32,000 nucleotides of DNA, from positions 300,001-332,000 of the forward strand of contig NZ_CP032996.1 in assembly GCF_005080705.1 (NCBI RefSeq), in the 5' to 3' direction. This document shows, one piece after another, positions 27,893 to 32,000 of the stretch (position 1 is the stretch's first letter; each line of letters begins with the position of its first letter). The notes under the pieces are model-generated. The model made no database searches. It saw only the letters and a program-made list of their open reading frames with translations, and was not told the origin of the DNA. The DNA comes from Buchnera aphidicola (Therioaphis trifolii) (lineage in GTDB: Bacteria; Pseudomonadota; Gammaproteobacteria; Enterobacterales; Enterobacteriaceae). Made by a program: the position numbers and the translations under genes.

Positions 27893-29859
27893 TTTTTTTC
27901 CTTTTTAAAAATAAATTTTTTATTTTCTATTTTTTTTACTTCTGAACTTAAAATATAATAACTATCTTGATAAAAAGAATAAATAAAGAAAATTAACATA
28001 CTAAAAATAAAAGAAAAAATACATATTAACCAAATATGCCATACCATAGAAAAACCTATAAAAAATGAAAAAATACCTAAAATAATTCCTAAAGCAGTAT
28101 TTTTAGGCATGTGAATATCATAATAAATTTTTTTATCTTTTAATAATTTATTAGTTTTTTTATACCAAAAATCATCTATACTTAAAACATTTGGAATATG
28201 TGCAAAATTATAAATTGGAGGTGGAGAAGAAGTACTCCATTCTAATGTTCTTCCATCCCATGGATCTCCATTATTATCAGAATTTATATTTTTATATTTA
28301 ATAGAAATATAAAATTGAATTATTTGACATAGAATTCCAATTAATATTAATACTGCTCCAATTATAGAAATAGATAACATAAAATGAAATTTATGATCAA
28401 TATTTTGACTAAGTCTACGAGTCATTCCCATTAATCCTAAATAATATAATGGCATAAAAGCAAGAAAAAATCCTAATATCCAAAAATAAAAAGCTAATTT
28501 TCCCCAAAATTCATCTAATTTAAATCCAAATAATTTTGGAAACCAATATGTAATTCCTGCAAAACAACCAAAAACAACTCCTCCAATAATTACAGTATGA
28601 AAATGTGCGACTAAAAATACACTATTATGTAAAATAAAATCAATAGCTGGAATTGATAAAATAACTCCTGCCATACCACCTATAGTAAATGTTATTAAAA
28701 ATCCAATAGTCCAAAGCATAGCTGAATGCATATGAATACGACCTTGATACATAGTAAATAACCAATTAAATATTTTTACTCCTGTAGGAATTGCAATAAT
28801 CATAGTAGTAATTCCAAAAAAAGCATTTACATTTGATCCAGAACCCATAGTAAAAAAATGATGTAACCAAACTATAAAAGATAATATGGTAATAGAAATT
28901 GTAGCCCAAATAAGAGAAGTATAACCAAATAAAGTTTTTTTAGAAAATGTAGATACAATTTCAGAAAAAATACCAAATGCTGGTAATATTAAAATATATA
29001 CTTCAGGATGCCCCCAAATCCAAATTAAATTAATATAAATCATGGGATTTCCACCTAAATTATTAGTAAAAAAATGAAATCCACAATAACGATCTAAACT
29101 TAATAATATTAACGTTATAGTTAAAACTGGAAAAGCAGAAATAATTAAAATATTTGAACAAAGAGCAGTCCAAATAAATACTGGCATTTTAAATAAATTC
29201 ATTCCTGGTGCACGCATTTTTAAAATTGTGACAATAAAATTTATTCCACTTAAAGTAGTACCAATTCCAGATATTTGTAAACTCCAAATCCAATAATCTA
29301 CACCTACTCCAGGACTATATTGAATTTCTGAAAGTGGAGGATAGGCTAACCATCCAGTTTTAGCAAATTCACCAATTGCTAATGAACAATTAATTAATAA
29401 AGCTCCGCTAAAAGTTAACCAAAAACTTAAATTATTTAAAAAAGGAAATGCTACATCTCTAGCACCAATTTGTAATGGTATAATTAAATTCATTAATGAT
29501 ATAATTAAAGGCATAGCAACAAAAAAAATCATAATTACACCATGAACAGTAAAAATTTGATCATAATGATGAGAAGGTAAAAATCCTTTATATCCCATGG
29601 AAGCATAAAATTGTTGCAATCTCATCATTAAAGCATCAATAAAACCTCTAAATAACATAACAATAGCTAATATAAGATACATAATTGATATTTTTTTATG
29701 ATCAACTGAAGTAAACCATTCACACCATAAATATTTCCATTTTTTTAAGTATGTAATTTTAAAAAAAATAAAAGATAAAATTAAAAAAATAATAATACAC
29801 GTAATCATAATAATTGGTTCATTATATGGAATATCTGTTATTTTTAATTTTCCAAACAT
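27889..29859 (-). CDS. cyoB: Cytochrome bo3 ubiquinol oxidase subunit I
   Basis: 656-aa ORF with heme-copper oxidase signatures ([36 protein letters not shown]). AAGGA lies 6 nt upstream of the ATG. Confidence 0.98.
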   Translation of the reverse strand: MFGKLKITDIPYNEPIIMITCIIIFLILSFIFFKITYLKKWKYLWCEWFTSVDHKKISIMYLILAIVMLFRGFIDALMMRLQQFYASMGYKGFLPSHHYDQIFTVHGVIMIFFVAMPLIISLMNLIIPLQIGARDVAFPFLNNLSFWLTFSGALLINCSLAIGEFAKTGWLAYPPLSEIQYSPGVGVDYWIWSLQISGIGTTLSGINFIVTILKMRAPGMNLFKMPVFIWTALCSNILIISAFPVLTITLILLSLDRYCGFHFFTNNLGGNPMIYINLIWIWGHPEVYILILPAFGIFSEIVSTFSKKTLFGYTSLIWATISITILSFIVWLHHFFTMGSGSNVNAFFGITTMIIAIPTGVKIFNWLFTMYQGRIHMHSAMLWTIGFLITFTIGGMAGVILSIPAIDFILHNSVFLVAHFHTVIIGGVVFGCFAGITYWFPKLFGFKLDEFWGKLAFYFWILGFFLAFMPLYYLGLMGMTRRLSQNIDHKFHFMLSISIIGAVLILIGILCQIIQFYISIKYKNINSDNNGDPWDGRTLEWSTSSPPPIYNFAHIPNVLSIDDFWYKKTNKLLKDKKIYYDIHMPKNTALGIILGIFSFFIGFSMVWHIWLICIFSFIFSMLIFFIYSFYQDSYYILSSEVKKIENKKFIFKKEKK

Positions 29860-29899
29860 AATATTTCCTTTATAAATATAAATAATTTATTTACAAAAA

Positions 29900-30757
29900 T
29901 TATCGTGATGAATAATAAAGAATTTTATTAAATAAATCAGGACAAACAGAAGAAAAATATCTTATAGGATGTAATGAATTTGGTTTAGATATTAAATTAA
30001 ATTTATAGAGAGTATCTAATTTATATGGAACATGTTGAACTCTTTTTACCCACTTATAAAAAATTTTTTGATTTGGAACAACAATAACATTAAATTTCAT
30101 ATTAGAAAATTCAGAACCATTATAATTAGATGAAATTCCTTTATATTGTCCTGGAAATTTTGCTATTAAATTTAATACACTTTTCATTTTATTCATAGCA
30201 TAAATTTGACTACCTAATTTAGGAATAAAAAAAGCACTCATTACAGAATTTGAAGTAATATTAAAAATAATAGGAGTATTATTAGGTATAAAAATTTCAT
30301 TTAAAGTAGCAATATGTTGTAATGGATATATAAATAACCAATTCCAATCTAATGCTACTACATTTATTATAATAGGTTTATTTATAGATATAATTTTTTT
30401 CCTAGGATCTAATTCATGCGATGAAGTCCATGCTAAAGTTCCAAGAAAACAAACAATCATAACAGGAAAAAACCATATCATTAATTCAACTTTTCTAGAA
30501 TGAGACCAATTTGGTTTATAAGTACTCATTTTAAAATCACGATATTTATAAACAAAAAATAATGTCATTAAAATTACTGGTATTACTAATGTTAACATTG
30601 CAATAAAAGACATAAAAATTAATCTATATTGTTTTATTGCTATTTCTCCTGTAGGATGAAAAATAGAATTACGAAAACCAAATAATAAAAATATTCCACA
30701 AAATAATATTATTTTTTCAAAAATATTTTTCTTATTCATATAATTATTTAACCTCAA
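29900..30757 (-). CDS. cyoA: Cytochrome bo3 ubiquinol oxidase subunit II
   Basis: The 285-aa ORF is collinear with E. coli CyoA (YKPNWSHSRKVE, ALDWNWLFIYP, TSNSVMSAFFIPKLGSQIYAM). The start at 30757 is a TTG whose product (M)RLNNY parallels E. coli MRLRKY. The alternative start is the ATG at 30739 (residue 7). Confidence 0.94.
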   Translation of the reverse strand: MRLNNYMNKKNIFEKIILFCGIFLLFGFRNSIFHPTGEIAIKQYRLIFMSFIAMLTLVIPVILMTLFFVYKYRDFKMSTYKPNWSHSRKVELMIWFFPVMIVCFLGTLAWTSSHELDPRKKIISINKPIIINVVALDWNWLFIYPLQHIATLNEIFIPNNTPIIFNITSNSVMSAFFIPKLGSQIYAMNKMKSVLNLIAKFPGQYKGISSNYNGSEFSNMKFNVIVVPNQKIFYKWVKRVQHVPYKLDTLYKFNLISKPNSLHPIRYFSSVCPDLFNKILYYSSR

Positions 30758-30913
30758 AAAAAATATTTTTTATTATTAATATTACATATTGTATTATTAA
30801 TATTTTTTATTAATAATAAAATATTTAATATTAATAAAAAATTTAAAATTTTATTATTAAATATTATTCAATATAAAATAATTATATAATTAAAAAAAAT
30901 AAATTTAATATTT

Positions 30914-31204
30914 ATGTTAAAAAAAATACAAAAATATTTTAATACTAATCTTGTAATGATATATGACAATACTAAAAAACACAAAAATAATAATAATAAA
31001 AAACATTTCACATTAATTATTATTAGTGATTATTTCTTAAAAATAAAAATGTTACATAGACATCAAAAAGTTTATAAATTATTATATTCAGAAATGAAAA
31101 ATAAAATTCATGCAATCTCTATATATACATACACTATTAATGAATGGAAAAATAATAAAATTCAAAAAAAATATAATATTAATTGTAAATTTTCAAATAT
31201 TTAA
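30914..31204 (+). CDS. bolA: BolA-family transcriptional regulator/Fe-S assembly factor
   Basis: 96-aa ORF. HFTLIIISDYF...RHQKVYKLLYSEM...IHAISIYTYTINEW aligns with E. coli BolA HFKVVLVSDRF...RHRMIYSTLAEEL...VHALALHTYTIKEW. It sits between cyo and tig, as in E. coli. Confidence 0.9.
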   Translation: MLKKIQKYFNTNLVMIYDNTKKHKNNNNKKHFTLIIISDYFLKIKMLHRHQKVYKLLYSEMKNKIHAISIYTYTINEWKNNKIQKKYNINCKFSNI

Positions 31205-31290
31205 AAAAACAAATAAAATTTACATAAAATAAATTATAATATTAAAAATTATAATATAATAAATATTATAATATAAATATAGGATGTATA

Positions 31291-32000
31291 ATGAAATTTA
31301 TTTTAAAAAATAAAAATAATTTTGAAAAAGAAATTAATATTACTATTCCATTAAAAAATATACAAGAATTAAAAAAAAAAGAAATAATTAAAATAAGAAA
31401 AACGACAAATATTAATGGATTTAGAAAAAATAAAATTCCAATTCATATTATTGAAAATAAATATCATGAAAAAATTAAAAAAAATATAATAAAAAATATT
31501 ATTTATGATAATTTAAAAAAAATTATTAAAATAGAGAAATTAAATATTATTAATGAACCAAAAATTATTATTCATCAATATAATAATAATTCTGATTTTA
31601 TTTATTCAATATTTATTCAATCTATTCCAGATATTGATCTTAATATATTAAAAAAAATTAACATTAAAAAAATAAAAATTATTATTAATGATTTAGATAT
31701 TGAATATTATATTCATCATGTAATTAATCATGAAATATCTTGGAAAAAAAATATAAATCAAATTCAAAAAAATGATAAAGTAATTATTAATTATAATATT
31801 AAAAAAAAAAATATTTTTCATCAATTAAAAAATAATAAAATAACATTATTAATGAATCAAAATAAAATTCTTCCTCAAATACAACAACAATTATTAAATA
31901 AAAAATCCGGAGATACTTTTCTAGTAGAAATAAATGTTCCAATTAAACATCCAGATATAAAATATCAAGGAAAAAAAATAATATTAAAAATTCATATTAA
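31291..32000 (+). CDS. tig: Trigger factor, N-terminal about 236 codons (continues beyond the window end)
   Basis: Absent from the ORF track because it is open at the window edge. My translation from the ATG at 31291 (AGGA 6 nt upstream) reads MKFILKNKNNFEKEINITIPLKNIQELKKKEIIKIRKTTNINGFRKNKIPIHIIENKY..., with no stop up to 32000. INGFRKNKIP matches the ribosome-binding signature IDGFRKGKVP of E. coli Tig. bolA-tig synteny is kept. Confidence 0.88.
   Translation, partial: MKFILKNKNNFEKEINITIPLKNIQELKKKEIIKIRKTTNINGFRKNKIPIHIIENKYHEKIKKNIIKNIIYDNLKKIIKIEKLNIINEPKIIIHQYNNNSDFIYSIFIQSIPDIDLNILKKINIKKIKIIINDLDIEYYIHHVINHEISWKKNINQIQKNDKVIINYNIKKKNIFHQLKNNKITLLMNQNKILPQIQQQLLNKKSGDTFLVEINVPIKHPDIKYQGKKIILKIHI

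Overview
This window is extremely A+T-rich (by eye well over 80% A+T, with spacers almost pure A/T) and very gene-dense. It has the hallmarks of an obligate, genome-reduced gammaproteobacterial (Enterobacterales-derived) insect endosymbiont and is Buchnera-like in content and gene order. The exact taxon cannot be fixed without a database search.

I can support 31 protein genes and 4 tRNA genes. Two protein genes are cut by the window edges and so are missing from the ORF track: rpiA at the left and tig at the right. The tRNAs are a Met-Leu-Gln cluster and an initiator tRNA-fMet.

Gene order, with < marking minus-strand genes: rpiA<, tRNA-Gln/Leu/Met<, glnS, eno, polA (5'-3' exonuclease only), engB<, typA, ygfZ<, prfB, lysS, lysA, miaB, ybeY, leuS, holA, tusA, asd<, yhgN, pgk, fbaA, mscS, tRNA-fMet<, ribH, ribD, nusB, tusE, cyoEDCBA<, bolA, tig.

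All genes are intact under the standard bacterial code. Trp is TGG, TGA is used as a stop, and prfB is retained. The content is housekeeping: translation, glycolysis, bo3 oxidase, lysine and riboflavin biosynthesis, and tRNA modification. The order is a patchwork of ancestral E. coli-type microsynteny blocks.

I see no mobile element, CRISPR array, prophage, toxin-antitoxin or defence-type locus, no unassigned ORF of credible size and no spacer long enough to hide one. I therefore cannot support a claim of an undescribed system here.

The things worth a second look are small-scale:
- A perfect consensus sigma-70 promoter lies in front of the tRNA unit.
- The clustered tRNAs lack an encoded CCA and are tightly packed, whereas tRNA-fMet encodes CCA.
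- polA is reduced to its 5' nuclease domain.
- prfB lacks the programmed +1 frameshift.
- A14 homopolymers sit inside ybeY and tusE.
- ribH and ribD are swapped relative to E. coli.
- CyoA has lost its lipobox cysteine and probably starts at TTG.
- Convergent genes end 1-17 nt apart.
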